Assembly (NCBI GenBank): GCA_958296135.2
Contig: CATQHZ020000001.1
Location: forward strand, 3,648,001 to 3,712,000
DNA length: 64,000 bases
From: an uncultured Poribacteria bacterium
GTDB lineage: Bacteria > Poribacteria > WGA-4E > WGA-3G
Direction of reading: 5' to 3'
The position numbers and the translations under genes were made by a program. Under the pieces are notes generated by a model. That model was not told the origin of the DNA. It saw nothing but the letters and a program-made list of their open reading frames with translations, and did no database searches. Below, piece by piece: positions 8,817 to 19,852 of this stretch (the stretch's first letter is position 1; each line of letters starts with the position of its first letter).

Positions 8817-9818
8817 TTAGTTCGGCATCGTCTCTGCTGCAGCATCCCCAAAATAGATGGCATGCATCCCGCGCACAATCTCCTCAACCTCCGCGCGGAA
8901 TTCAGGAGGAGACAGCACCTCCGCCGCATCTCCCAAACTCAATACCCAAAACGTGAATTCCCGCGTCGGCACGTGATACCGCACAATCACTGAACCATCC
9001 GAGCACCGCTCCATAATCTCCTGAGAAGCATGACGCTCCTTCTCCTCAACAAGATACGCTTTGTGCGAGGCAATTTTGAGATGCACGGTGATGGGCTCAC
9101 CACTAAACAACTCCCATCGCGACGCAAGGTTCGCGGCTAACGAAAATGCCGCGGGACGCTCAAACGGCTCATCTGTCAATGCAATGTGCCGGAAGCGGAG
9201 GATTTTGAAGGTGAGCGACGCGTTCTCCGATAAATTGGAGCGCGCCTCCAAATACCAATCTTCCTTCCGGAAAAAGATGGCATACGGATGAAGCACGTGC
9301 GCAACCCTCTCAGTTTTGCCACCCGGTTGGTAACTCGCACGCACTGCCTTTTGCGTATGGAGGGCCTTTTCTAACACGCGGAAGTGCCCCTCAACTTCAT
9401 CATGGCGGTTCCCGGCTTTGAGCTTCACCGAAATCTTCGCCTCTCTCGCAATTTCCTTCTGAATGTCAGCGGCGAGCGGTTTATTGAGTTTGCCTATAAC
9501 ACTCTTGAGCCGTTTCTCAAAAGGCGTACCCTTTGCCGCCTCAACAGCGGCCGTTAAAGCGTGGAACTCTTGTCTCGTGATTTCTGGATGGGGACGCGGC
9601 CGCTCCTGCTCAATCCAATAAAGGGCGCGCTCCTTTTTCACGACGTAGAACTTCTCCAAAATCTTCAGGTCTTCGTAAATGCGCGTGACATGAACACCGA
9701 AACGCTCAGCCAGAGCCCGGACTCTCAACCGTGATTTTTGGAGGAGCGCGGCTAACTTGAGGATGCGTTCAACCTGTCTCCGTCCATCGCTGTATCCCAT
9801 ATTTTTCTCCTGATTCAT
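8817..9818 (-). CDS. HTH-WYL(-WCX) transcriptional regulator, probably CRISPR-associated
   Basis: N-terminal HTH (LAERFGVHVTRIYEDL), HPYAIFFRKEDWYL, TFKILRF, WVLSLGDAAEVLSPPEFR. WYL genes commonly flank type I-D loci. Confidence 0.9.
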   Translation of the reverse strand: MNQEKNMGYSDGRRQVERILKLAALLQKSRLRVRALAERFGVHVTRIYEDLKILEKFYVVKKERALYWIEQERPRPHPEITRQEFHALTAAVEAAKGTPFEKRLKSVIGKLNKPLAADIQKEIAREAKISVKLKAGNRHDEVEGHFRVLEKALHTQKAVRASYQPGGKTERVAHVLHPYAIFFRKEDWYLEARSNLSENASLTFKILRFRHIALTDEPFERPAAFSLAANLASRWELFSGEPITVHLKIASHKAYLVEEKERHASQEIMERCSDGSVIVRYHVPTREFTFWVLSLGDAAEVLSPPEFRAEVEEIVRGMHAIYFGDAAAETMPN

Positions 9819-9838
9819 GGCGATTTCATTAAGTTTAA

Positions 9839-10594
<756 letters not shown>

Positions 10595-11968
10595 ATGTAT
10601 AGCGCGATTGTTCTAGCCGCAGGGTTAGGCAGAAAAGTGTGGCCTTACGGCGAATTCCGTCAAAAATGCACGCTGCCGGTCGCGAATACGCCTATCGTGC
10701 GCCGAGTCGTGGAGAATCTCGTGCAGGTAGGATGCGGGCAGATCATCGTTGTCGTAGGGCATTACGCACAACAGGTGCGCGGGGCCATCGCCGACATTCC
10801 CGAAGTGACGTTCGTAACGCAACAGACGCTTGATGGCACAGCAACGGCGACGTTGGAAGCAGTCAAGCACCTCAAAAACGAACGTTATCTCGTGGTTCCG
10901 GGTGATATTGTAACCGCACCCGATAATTTACGTAATTTGATTAACGAGTACTCTAAACAAGAAGCAGAAGCGGCCGTGCTGATGCAACCTCTCGGACATG
11001 AAGACGCAAGCAACTGGCTGTGTGCCGATATCAGCGGCGAATGTGTGACCGGCATTGAAGGGCATCCGCGCGGCGGTTCGCATCGGCTCTGCGGCGTTTA
11101 TGCTTTTAAACAGAAGGAAACGACACCGTATCTCTTAAGGAATCCCGGCATTGTGACGCGCGTGCCTGTCGGCGGCATGCCGCCGCCTGAATCGGACATC
11201 GCGCAATCTATTCAGTTGATGATTGACGACAGAAGACCGGTGTTAGCGGTGGAAACGACGGAGTTCTTCGTTGATGTCGATAAACCGTGGCACGTACTGG
11301 AAGCGAATCGGCGATTGATGGATTATCTCGCGAATCAGATTGAGGAAGACTGCATCGCAAAAGGTGCAACAATCTCAGAGGCTGCGGAGATTAACGGACG
11401 CGTCGTGTTAGGCGAAAACTCGGCAATCGGACCGCGGGTAGTCATTAACGGCACGTTGATTGCCGGCGCAAACAACAACATCACGAACGGCGCGATTTTG
11501 CATGGAAACCTTCTCGTCGGAAACCAATGCCGCATCAGCGATTACTGTGATATCGGGAACAGCGTCATCGGAAACCGATGCATCGTTGGACACGGCGCAG
11601 AGATGTCGGGTGTGCTGTTTGACAAGGTTTACCTGTATCACTACTGCGAGATGTCCGGCGTTTTCGGATGCGCCACCGATATCGGCGCGGCAACAGTGTG
11701 CGGCACACTACGGTTTGATGACAAGGATACGCCGATGCAGATAGAGGGACGTTATGAAATACCGCCGTACGGCGCGAACGCCACTTACATGGGCGACTAT
11801 TGCCGAACCGGTGTCAACGCCATCATCATGCCGGGGCGGCGCATCGGAACTTACAGCGTCGTCGGCCCAGGCGTTATCCTCTACGACGACGTGCCGAGCA
11901 AAACGATGGTGATGGCAAAGCAGGAGTTGATAACAAAGCCCTGGGGACCAGAGCGTTATGGGTGGTAG
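10595..11968 (+). CDS. Sugar-phosphate nucleotidyltransferase with C-terminal hexapeptide (LbH) domain, GlmU-like
   Basis: AIVLAAGLG..K NTP-transferase motif, DVDKPW, hexapeptide repeats in the C-terminal half. Confidence 0.8.
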   Translation: MYSAIVLAAGLGRKVWPYGEFRQKCTLPVANTPIVRRVVENLVQVGCGQIIVVVGHYAQQVRGAIADIPEVTFVTQQTLDGTATATLEAVKHLKNERYLVVPGDIVTAPDNLRNLINEYSKQEAEAAVLMQPLGHEDASNWLCADISGECVTGIEGHPRGGSHRLCGVYAFKQKETTPYLLRNPGIVTRVPVGGMPPPESDIAQSIQLMIDDRRPVLAVETTEFFVDVDKPWHVLEANRRLMDYLANQIEEDCIAKGATISEAAEINGRVVLGENSAIGPRVVINGTLIAGANNNITNGAILHGNLLVGNQCRISDYCDIGNSVIGNRCIVGHGAEMSGVLFDKVYLYHYCEMSGVFGCATDIGAATVCGTLRFDDKDTPMQIEGRYEIPPYGANATYMGDYCRTGVNAIIMPGRRIGTYSVVGPGVILYDDVPSKTMVMAKQELITKPWGPERYGW

Positions 11969-12039
11969 CCGGTGAGAGCAAACAGCCTGGGCGCGCGTTG
12001 TAAGCGCGCTTCCGGTAGGAAGATGTACCACCAGCGTTT

Positions 12040-12465
12040 TTAGAGGAGCTCCTTGAGAACCGCGGTCAGCTCCTCGTTATCGGATGCGAGTTCAAAGGCG
12101 CGCTTGATTTTATCTTCACGGGCAGTCTCGGGTTGCGATGCGCCGCCCGGTTCCCACAGGACTTCAAGTTCCCTCGGGTTCAGCCTATCGTAGGTGACTT
12201 TGACAAGCGTGAACGGGTAATTTTCGGGAATGAGGATAATCCAGTCAATGGTCTCTCCGCGCGCCGAATATTGCCTATCCACCGTCAGCTTTGCGTCCTG
12301 ATGCGGCACGTTCTTCTTAATCCACTGCTTCCGGTCGAGGGCATCGTTCTCAAAATAGCCGACTTCAAGCCAATTGCGGCCGGCACCGTTAGGTTTTGTG
12401 GTAACTTCAATGCGTTGCATGGGTGTTTGGTTCCCCGTGTTTGGATTTTTCATGAATTTTAACAT
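12040..12465 (-). CDS. Hypothetical protein
   Basis: 141-aa ORF filling the gap, divergent from larA; no recognisable motif; start uncertain. Confidence 0.55.
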   Translation of the reverse strand: MLKFMKNPNTGNQTPMQRIEVTTKPNGAGRNWLEVGYFENDALDRKQWIKKNVPHQDAKLTVDRQYSARGETIDWIILIPENYPFTLVKVTYDRLNPRELEVLWEPGGASQPETAREDKIKRAFELASDNEELTAVLKELL

Positions 12466-12504
12466 GCATCGCGAAAAAAGTCAAGTTTTTTAGGAATATC
12501 AGAC

Positions 12505-13779
12505 ATGCAAGTGAGTATGAGATATGGACAGGGAACATTGCCGGTAAACATTCCTGATAACAATCTGGCGGGCATCTTGGAAACGTCGGAACGTGTGCCG
12601 CTGGCAGATGCCGACGCAGCGGTTCGGCAGGCGATTGCGGAACCGATTTCTTCACCGGCCTTAGCGGCGTTGGCGCGAGGCCGGGACTCCGCCTGCATCG
12701 TGATTTCCGATGTGACGCGCCCTGTCCCGAATCAGGTAATCCTGCCGCCGCTGCTGGAGACGCTTGAGGCAGCAGGCATCCCGCGCGAGCAGATAACGAT
12801 TCTCATCGCCACCGGCATCCATCGTCCCAACGAGGGGAACGAATTGGAGGGTATGGTGGGCCGTGCCATTATGGAGACGTATCGCATCGTCAACCACTTC
12901 TCGCAAGACCCGGGGACGCACGCCTATCTCGGTAAAACGCGGAACAGCACGCCTGTCCATATTGATAAGACGTATCTCGCCGCCGCTCTGAAAGTGATTA
13001 CAGGGTTGATTGAGCCGCACTTGATGGCAGGGTATTCCGGCGGACGGAAGGCGGTTTGTCCGGGGCTCGCCTCTGTAGAGACGATGAAGATTATGCACGG
13101 CCCACACTTGATGGAGCATCCCAAGTCGGCTGTCGGCATACTCGATGGCAACCCGTTCCACGAGGAGGCAACAGAGATTGCCTTGATGGCAGGTGTCGAT
13201 TTCAATCTCAACGTCGCGATTGACAAAGCGCGGCGGATAACCGGAGTTTTTGCGGGTGACATGGTGGCATCGCACCTCAGCGGCGCGCAGTTTGTGGAGA
13301 ATCAGGCGAAGGCAACGCTGCCTGAGCCGGTGGATGCAGTCGTCGTCTCTAGTGCGGGACATCCGTTGGATACGACATTCTATCAGGCGATTAAAGGGCT
13401 ACTCGCCGCCGTTGAGATTGTGAAAGAAGGGGGCAGTATCCTGCTCGTCGCAGCCTGTAGCGAAGGCATCGGGAGCGGGCCGTTCACCGATCTGGTTTTT
13501 AAAACGCGGGATTTGCGCGCATTCGTCGAAGGACTTTACAACCCCGCCAACTTCGTCATCGATCAGTGGCAGTTGGAAGAATTGGCAAAAGTTGCCCGGA
13601 AGGCGGACATCTATTTTTATTCCGAAGGCATTCCGTATCAGCAACAGGCGAAGTTGTTTGTGCATCCCGTGCGCGAACCGCAGGCGGGTATCGAGGCAAT
13701 CTTAGCCCGCCACGGCACCGACGCGCAGATAGCGGTGATTCCTGAAGGCCCTTATGTTCTCGCGCAAGTAAAGGCTTAA
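12505..13779 (+). CDS. larA: Nickel-pincer-dependent lactate racemase family protein
   Basis: SDVTRPVP, IATGIHR, EPHLMAGYSGGRK, YQAIKG. Confidence 0.85.
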   Translation: MQVSMRYGQGTLPVNIPDNNLAGILETSERVPLADADAAVRQAIAEPISSPALAALARGRDSACIVISDVTRPVPNQVILPPLLETLEAAGIPREQITILIATGIHRPNEGNELEGMVGRAIMETYRIVNHFSQDPGTHAYLGKTRNSTPVHIDKTYLAAALKVITGLIEPHLMAGYSGGRKAVCPGLASVETMKIMHGPHLMEHPKSAVGILDGNPFHEEATEIALMAGVDFNLNVAIDKARRITGVFAGDMVASHLSGAQFVENQAKATLPEPVDAVVVSSAGHPLDTTFYQAIKGLLAAVEIVKEGGSILLVAACSEGIGSGPFTDLVFKTRDLRAFVEGLYNPANFVIDQWQLEELAKVARKADIYFYSEGIPYQQQAKLFVHPVREPQAGIEAILARHGTDAQIAVIPEGPYVLAQVKA

Positions 13780-13900
13780 CGAACACCGCGGAAAAAGTAG
13801 CATCGAAAACGTAGTCATTGACAACGTTGATGACAGATGGACGGAGAAGAACGTCATTGCACGCACCTCCGTTATCAAACGCATCGCGACATACGAAAAA

Positions 13901-14551
13901 ATGGCAAAATCAATCGTAGTCCTCAGAGCCTATCAGGACGGTTTGCACCTGAACATCACGCCGACATTCTCTGTCACCGAGGTTACTGAAGCGATTCGGA
14001 AGGAGTTTGAGCGGATGAATCAGCCGTTGGCAGGCGTTTCCGTGCAGATTGACATGAATGCCCCACTCCTGACAGAGGCAGACCTGGCTTATCTCAAGAC
14101 AGAACTCCAGGATACCTATGGCATGGAGGTTCGCGGCCTCAACATCGCTGATGGCACAGGTGACAGTACCGGGGTGCTCGGTGAAAAACGGCCCCTGGCT
14201 GCTCGCGCCGAACGCGGCAGAATCGAAAAAACGCGGGTAGTCCGGGAAACTATTCGTTCTGGGCAAACGGAGGACTTTCCAGAAGGGAACCTCATTATCT
14301 ACGGTGATGTCAATCCCGGTGGCGAGGTGAGCGCGGGTGGGGACATTGTTGTTCTCGGTGCGTTACGGGGTAGCGCGCACGCTGGTATGAACGGCAAATT
14401 ATCTTCTGTCATCATCGCCATGAACCTCGTGCCTTTGCAGTTGCAAATCGGCAACTACATTAGCCGCCCGTCTTGGGGACAGAAGTCGCGCGGGTATCCC
14501 GAAATCGCGCGTGCTGGGACGGAAGATATCATCATCGTTGAGGAATTATAA
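13901..14551 (+). CDS. minC: Septum site-determining protein MinC
   Basis: IRSGQ, GDVNPGGEVSAGGDIVVLGALRGSAHAG; upstream of minD. Confidence 0.92.
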   Translation: MAKSIVVLRAYQDGLHLNITPTFSVTEVTEAIRKEFERMNQPLAGVSVQIDMNAPLLTEADLAYLKTELQDTYGMEVRGLNIADGTGDSTGVLGEKRPLAARAERGRIEKTRVVRETIRSGQTEDFPEGNLIIYGDVNPGGEVSAGGDIVVLGALRGSAHAGMNGKLSSVIIAMNLVPLQLQIGNYISRPSWGQKSRGYPEIARAGTEDIIIVEEL

Positions 14552-14569
14552 GTAGGAGGAGAATCATCG

Positions 14570-15364
14570 ATGGGCAAGGTTATCGTCGTAACATCAGGCA
14601 AGGGTGGGGTTGGCAAGACAACCTCCACGGCCAACTTGGGCACCGCGCTTGCCCTTATCGGGAAAACAGTCGTCGTGATTGACGCGGATGTCGGACTCCG
14701 GAATCTCGATGTCGTCATGGGGTTGGAGAGCCGCATCGTCTACACCTCGATGGATGTGATAGAAAATCGGTGCGAGTTGTCAAGGGCACTCGTCAAAGAC
14801 AAGCGGGTGGAAGGGTTGATGCTGCTCGCGGCTTCGCAGAAAAACAACAAGGACGACATCCAACCGGAGCAGATGAAAGCCATCTGTACGGAGTTGCGCG
14901 CCACTCACGATTTTGTGCTTGTCGACTCCCCCGCCGGCATCGAGAGCGGGTTCCGCAATGCAGCCGCGGGGGCAGAAGAGGCACTCGTCATCACAACGCC
15001 GGATGTCTCCGCTATCCGCGATGCAGACCGGATTACCGGCTTACTGCAACACGAAGGAGTCGAACCGATCAACCTGGTGCTGAATCGGCTTTCGCCAGAG
15101 ATGGTACGGAAAGGCAACATGGTGAGCCAGAGCGATGTTGTGGGCCTCCTGAATCTCAAGCTTATCGGCGTCGTGCCAGAAGACCGGGAAGTCATCGCCT
15201 CAACGAATCGCGGGATTCCGCTGGTGCATAACAAAAATTCGCCGGGTGCACAGGCGTACATGCGCATCGCGAAGCGGTTGACGGGACAGCGGATACCGAT
15301 TCCAGAACTTCGTGAGAAAGGCTTTTTCTCTAACATCCTTGACTGGTTTTCAGGGAATAAATAG
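14570..15364 (+). CDS. minD: Septum site-determining ATPase MinD
   Basis: SGKGGVGKTT, DVGLRNLD, DSPAGIE, C-terminal amphipathic GFFSNILDWF. Confidence 0.97.
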   Translation: MGKVIVVTSGKGGVGKTTSTANLGTALALIGKTVVVIDADVGLRNLDVVMGLESRIVYTSMDVIENRCELSRALVKDKRVEGLMLLAASQKNNKDDIQPEQMKAICTELRATHDFVLVDSPAGIESGFRNAAAGAEEALVITTPDVSAIRDADRITGLLQHEGVEPINLVLNRLSPEMVRKGNMVSQSDVVGLLNLKLIGVVPEDREVIASTNRGIPLVHNKNSPGAQAYMRIAKRLTGQRIPIPELREKGFFSNILDWFSGNK

Positions 15365-15377
15365 GTAGGGAGTCAGC

Positions 15378-15635
15378 ATGAACCTTCGACGGTTATTTGG
15401 GCGGCAACCCAAGTCAAGCAGTGTCGCGAGGGAGCGGCTCAGACTGGTTATCTCGCAAGATAGATTCGATGTTGACGAAGAGTCAATGCGTAGATTGCAG
15501 GCAGAGCTCATGCAGGTGCTGTCAAAACATTTTGACTTCCATGTGGATGAAGTTCGCATGTCGCTAAAACAGCGCGGGAATTCCTACGTGTTAACGGCAG
15601 ACTTCCCGAACGTGAACGCGAACAAGCAGGCTTAA
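15378..15635 (+). CDS. minE: Cell division topological specificity factor MinE (copy 1)
   Basis: SSSVARERLRLVISQDR, following minD. Confidence 0.9.
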   Translation: MNLRRLFGRQPKSSSVARERLRLVISQDRFDVDEESMRRLQAELMQVLSKHFDFHVDEVRMSLKQRGNSYVLTADFPNVNANKQA

Positions 15636-15744
15636 AACGTTTAGGCTTGTCGCAGACCGGGGGCAGTAGTGCGTTTGGACAGGCGCGCGCCCCGTGGACT
15701 GTGCGCGCTTCCGGCGCGCCTACCCGTAAGAATGGAGATACGCT

Positions 15745-15993
15745 ATGAATCTTATGAAATTATTTGCGCGAAAACCGAAATCAAGCGGTGTCGCGAAGCA
15801 ACGTTTAAAACTCGTTATCACACAAGACCGGTTTGATGCGAATAACCGGGACATTAAACAGTTGCATCGCGAATTAGCGGAGGTGCTCGCGAAGTACTTC
15901 AATTTCACGATGAGTGCCGCGCAGATGTCGTTAAAAAAAGAAGGGAATTCCTATGTGCTCGTCGCGGATTTTCCTTATGAGAATGCCGGTTAA
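15745..15993 (+). CDS. minE: MinE paralog (copy 2)
   Basis: SSGVAKQRLKLVITQDR; about half identical to copy 1 by eye; own GGAG RBS. Confidence 0.85.
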   Translation: MNLMKLFARKPKSSGVAKQRLKLVITQDRFDANNRDIKQLHRELAEVLAKYFNFTMSAAQMSLKKEGNSYVLVADFPYENAG

Positions 15994-16195
15994 GCTCGGG
16001 GACATGCAGCCGGACGCGGGAGAGGACAGCTCTTCCATCCGTGCTGCTGCCCTCGGCGAAACCCGCCGCACCGCGGCGCGCTGACATGGCCCCGCTCTTC
16101 ATGCGTTTTTTGCTTGCAATACGCCGGCGTAAGGCGTTAAACTATTTGCAAGGCGCGTTCCAAGCGGGCGACTTTGACGGTAAGGAGAAGGGATA

Positions 16196-16696
16196 GTGCA
16201 GGAGAATCACCTCGATGTGGGGCAAGACGAGAGTCCTGTGGACACGCGGCGCGACAACGAAATCATCGCATTTATCGGGATTCCTCGGAAATGGGTAAAC
16301 CCCGCGATAAAAATCTTTTCGCTTATTTTCGCAATCTATGCTGGGTTCGCCGCGGCGCATGAATTCGGCCGGAGTGGGCCGTTGATGGAGAACGCGAAGC
16401 AGTTCTTCATCCATATCGCCGCGTTCAGTGCAGGAGGGTCTGTTATCCTCATTGCGATTTACAATGGGTGGGATGTGCTTATGTATTTAACAACACGCTT
16501 CAAAGCGACGCTCCAGCAGCGCGTGAAGAAAGCGCGAGCCGAAGGCATCGCTAAAGGCATCGCTGAAGGCATCGCTGAAAACCAACGCGCGTGGCTCGCG
16601 TGGAACAACCGGCGGCTCGATGCCGAGATAAAGGGGCTCCCTTTTGATGAGACACCGCCGAACGGGACAAACGGCGACACGCAAAATGGGCAATAA
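16196..16696 (+). CDS. Hypothetical membrane protein
   Basis: Two hydrophobic segments, short EGIA repeats, C-terminal WLAWNNRR..PFDETPP; GGAG upstream of the GTG. Confidence 0.6.
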   Translation: MQENHLDVGQDESPVDTRRDNEIIAFIGIPRKWVNPAIKIFSLIFAIYAGFAAAHEFGRSGPLMENAKQFFIHIAAFSAGGSVILIAIYNGWDVLMYLTTRFKATLQQRVKKARAEGIAKGIAEGIAENQRAWLAWNNRRLDAEIKGLPFDETPPNGTNGDTQNGQ

Positions 16697-16795
16697 ATCG
16701 CCCGACGTACTTTATGGGTGTAGGGTGCCAAGGGCGGTGCTCTACACCTTGTTTTTTGCAGGAGGCGCGGTTTGTCACCGCGCCTACCGGGACAT

Positions 16796-17629
16796 TTAGA
16801 GAATCAACTCCCAGATTGCTTGCGCTACGCCGTTTTCGTCGTTGGTTGCAGTAATGTAATCCGCGCACGCTTTAATGGGCGCAACCGCGTTGCCCATCGC
16901 CACGCCAAAACCAGCCACTTTGAGCAATGTCTCATCGTTGTAACTATCGCCGAACGCTACCACTGTCTCCATCGGGATATCAAACTGCGAGGCGAGTGCA
17001 GTGAGGGCGCGCCCTTTCGTCACCGCCGGATTCATGAACTCAATGTACTCCGCCTGCGTCTGCGTGACATAGAGTGCCTCGCCATACGCGGTTTTGAAGT
17101 GCGCCAGCAGCGGCGGCAATTCTTCCGGCGCATGGATAATCAGCATCTTCGTCGGCGTTTCGCCGCTCAATTCACGAAGATCTCCCACGGGTGTGGCGGG
17201 GACACCCGTTCGGCACTCGTAAAGCGCGCTCCATTCGTTACGCACGGCGACATAAAGCTCGTCGTTCAAGCAGTAGTTGAGATGTAAATCCTGCGCGACG
17301 CACTCGTTCACGATTGCCATCGCCGCATCCGCCGGGACAGGCGTGTGGTGATACACTTCGCCGGTGGTCGCGTGCTTCACCATCCCGCCGTTATAGGAAA
17401 TAATCGGATTCTCTAACCCGATTGCATCGCTAATCGGTTGGATAGAACGGTGCATCCTGCCAGAGATGAGGACGACAAGCACATCGTTCTTGACGAGCTC
17501 CTGAAGGGCAGCGCGGTGCTCGGAGGAGACTTCGTGCGCGCTGTTTAAGAGGGTGCCGTCTAAATCGAAGGCGGCTAAACGACATTTTCGTCTTGGCGCA
17601 AAGCGTGCGTTTACGGTTTCTGGCTGCAT
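16796..17629 (-). CDS. Cof-type HAD-IIB hydrolase
   Basis: FDLDGTLL, ISGR, FGDSYND, AMGNA. Confidence 0.92.
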   Translation of the reverse strand: MQPETVNARFAPRRKCRLAAFDLDGTLLNSAHEVSSEHRAALQELVKNDVLVVLISGRMHRSIQPISDAIGLENPIISYNGGMVKHATTGEVYHHTPVPADAAMAIVNECVAQDLHLNYCLNDELYVAVRNEWSALYECRTGVPATPVGDLRELSGETPTKMLIIHAPEELPPLLAHFKTAYGEALYVTQTQAEYIEFMNPAVTKGRALTALASQFDIPMETVVAFGDSYNDETLLKVAGFGVAMGNAVAPIKACADYITATNDENGVAQAIWELIL

Positions 17630-17680
17630 AGCGGCTCCTTGCGTCAGCTGTCATTGACTACGTTTTTGGTTCTGCTTCAC

Positions 17681-18802
17681 CTACAAAACTATTGCCTGTT
17701 CCGTTTGCCGATCAAAAAGGCGCGTCTGCCCCGGGTCAAAATCGAACCAAACCTTCTCGCCTACTGCGGCTCGGAATGTCGGATGCGTGCGGACGCGGAG
17801 GAGAATCGGGTCCTGCGTTTCGGCCGCCGTTCCGAGGCGAAGATCCAAGATATTGGCGGAACCGAGGGGTTCAATGAGATGCACGTCGGCAGCGAGTCTC
17901 CGTTCGCCTGGTTCAAGCGCGGCACGGATATGTTCCGGCCGGATACCGAAAACCAGGCCGTTCCTCTCAACCGCTGCAGTCAGCTTCGCTTGTTGCTGCG
18001 GCGGGAGAGGCAGCCAGATATCGGTATGGCTGAGGCGCAGCGCGGGGTGTCCCTCACGCAAACCGAGTTCGGCACCTAGGAGGTTCATCGTCGGCATGCC
18101 CATGAACCCGGCGACGAAGAGACTTTCCGGGCTGTTGTAAATCTCGTGTGGGGTACCGATTTGCTGTAGCACGCCCTGGTGGATAACAGCGATGCGATCG
18201 GCGAGGGACATCGCTTCAACCTGGTCGTGCGTGACAAAAATGGTAGTCGCGCCGAACTCGTGCTGGAGGCGTTTCAATTCGGCGCGCGTGTCTACCCGGA
18301 GTTTGGCATCCAAATTTGCCATCGGTTCATCAAGCAAATAGACTTTCGGCTGCCGCACCATCGCCCGGCCAAGGGCAACGCGTTGCATCTCTCCACCGCT
18401 GAGGACACTCGGCTTCCTGTCCAACATCTCGGATATCTGTAAAATTGATGCCACCTTCTTGACGCGCCTGTCAACTTCCGATCTTTCCACCTTCACCGCC
18501 TTGAGTGGGAAGGCGATGTTACCGTAGACAGTGAGGTGTGGATAGAGCGCGTAGAATTGGAAGACGAAGGCAATGTCCCTGTCGGCAGGCGACAAATCGT
18601 TGACACGTTGTCCATCAATCAGGATATCGCCTTCTTCGGGGTGTTCAAGTCCTGCGATGAGGCGGAGCGTCGTTGTCTTCCCGCAACCGGAGGGGCCCAA
18701 GAAGACGACAAATTCCTTGTCCTCAATTTCCAGATTAAAATCTTTGACAGCGGTGACATCGCCGTAGCGTTTGACAATGTTTTGAAGTTTGATGTGTGCC
18801 AT
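17681..18802 (-). CDS. Sugar ABC transporter ATP-binding protein (MalK/UgpC family)
   Basis: GPSGCGKTT, LSGGEMQRVALGRA, LLDEP, GIRPEH, C-terminal TOBE region. Confidence 0.92.
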   Translation of the reverse strand: MAHIKLQNIVKRYGDVTAVKDFNLEIEDKEFVVFLGPSGCGKTTTLRLIAGLEHPEEGDILIDGQRVNDLSPADRDIAFVFQFYALYPHLTVYGNIAFPLKAVKVERSEVDRRVKKVASILQISEMLDRKPSVLSGGEMQRVALGRAMVRQPKVYLLDEPMANLDAKLRVDTRAELKRLQHEFGATTIFVTHDQVEAMSLADRIAVIHQGVLQQIGTPHEIYNSPESLFVAGFMGMPTMNLLGAELGLREGHPALRLSHTDIWLPLPPQQQAKLTAAVERNGLVFGIRPEHIRAALEPGERRLAADVHLIEPLGSANILDLRLGTAAETQDPILLRVRTHPTFRAAVGEKVWFDFDPGQTRLFDRQTEQAIVL

Positions 18803-18921
18803 AATTTCCTGCAGGCGCGATGCCTTTCAGCGTATTCTATAAATTTACCACACATTTTGTATTTTGAAAAGCGAAAATTGGAACGACCCGGGCGATTTAT
18901 TGGGTATACCGACATCCGCCC

Positions 18922-19554
18922 TTACGTTCCAAAGTGGATGATCGCCTGCATCACCGCCCCAGAGATAAGCGGTACCGTCAAATTATCGTCAATCCGAAGC
19001 GGGAGAAGTTCCACGACGGTAGCGACAAACGCGCCCACAACCCCCACCATAGGATGAAACTTCTGCGCATCAGTTAGTAGCTGAGGGAGTTTCCACACAC
19101 CCGTCTCAGGTAAATAGAAAAAAAAGAGGGAGAGCACCGTGCAGACGACAAAACAGGCGCCGCTTCCCTCTAAGCTCTTCTCGCCGATGAGTTTCGTCTT
19201 ACCCCATCTTTTTCCGACTAACGCCGCGGACATATCCCCCAACACCATGAAGAAGATGCAGACAATCGCGAGGGCCTTCTGAAAAAAGAGTATGCAGAGC
19301 AGCGCGCTGATGAGATAGTAGGTTGCTCCAGTGATTGCGCCTCGGCGTTCATGCGTTCGGAGCATTGAAGTGAAGATGCGGAAAAAGAGCGCGCGGAATC
19401 GCGCCGAACCCGATTTTCCGAGTTCCACGATTAGCGCAACGCCGGTGAGGCTTCCTACCAGCCACAAAATCATCGGTTTATCCAGCCAGAGATAAATAAT
19501 AGGTAGGATTAAACCTGAGAAATGGATGCTTTTCCGTCGTAATTCGGTGCTCAT
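18922..19554 (-). CDS. Phytol/dolichol/diacylglycerol kinase-like (CTP_transf_1) membrane protein
   Basis: RKSIH, GDMSAALVGKRWG, KSLEGS, DDNLTVP. Confidence 0.85.
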   Translation of the reverse strand: MSTELRRKSIHFSGLILPIIYLWLDKPMILWLVGSLTGVALIVELGKSGSARFRALFFRIFTSMLRTHERRGAITGATYYLISALLCILFFQKALAIVCIFFMVLGDMSAALVGKRWGKTKLIGEKSLEGSGACFVVCTVLSLFFFYLPETGVWKLPQLLTDAQKFHPMVGVVGAFVATVVELLPLRIDDNLTVPLISGAVMQAIIHFGT

Positions 19555-19613
19555 GGGTGTCCTCCTGCCTTAATTATCCACAGATTCCAAGATAAAATCA
19601 ATTTTTCTTTTTT

Positions 19614-19658
19614 TTGTCAAAAAAATAACACAATTTTGTCACATTTGGGCATTATAAT
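19614..19658 (+). promoter_or_regulatory. Pho-box-like (PhoB/OmpR-type) direct repeats plus -10
   Basis: TTGTCAA (19614), ATAACAC (19625), TTGTCAC (19636) at an 11-bp period, then 10 nt to TATAAT (19653). Confidence 0.55.
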
Positions 19659-19852
19659 TTATAGGACTTACGCAGAAGAGACTGCAGTAGGCGTGCTTTC
19701 ATGAAGCGGCAGAAAATAAACGGGGAATTTTGACTCACGGGCGGATAGAGACATCCGCCCTTACAGCTGAATGGCATAGCGTTGAGAACACATTTCAGAT
19801 CGAACGCTAAACGAAGTTAACTTTGAAGGACTTCACGGCTATAGGGAGAAAC

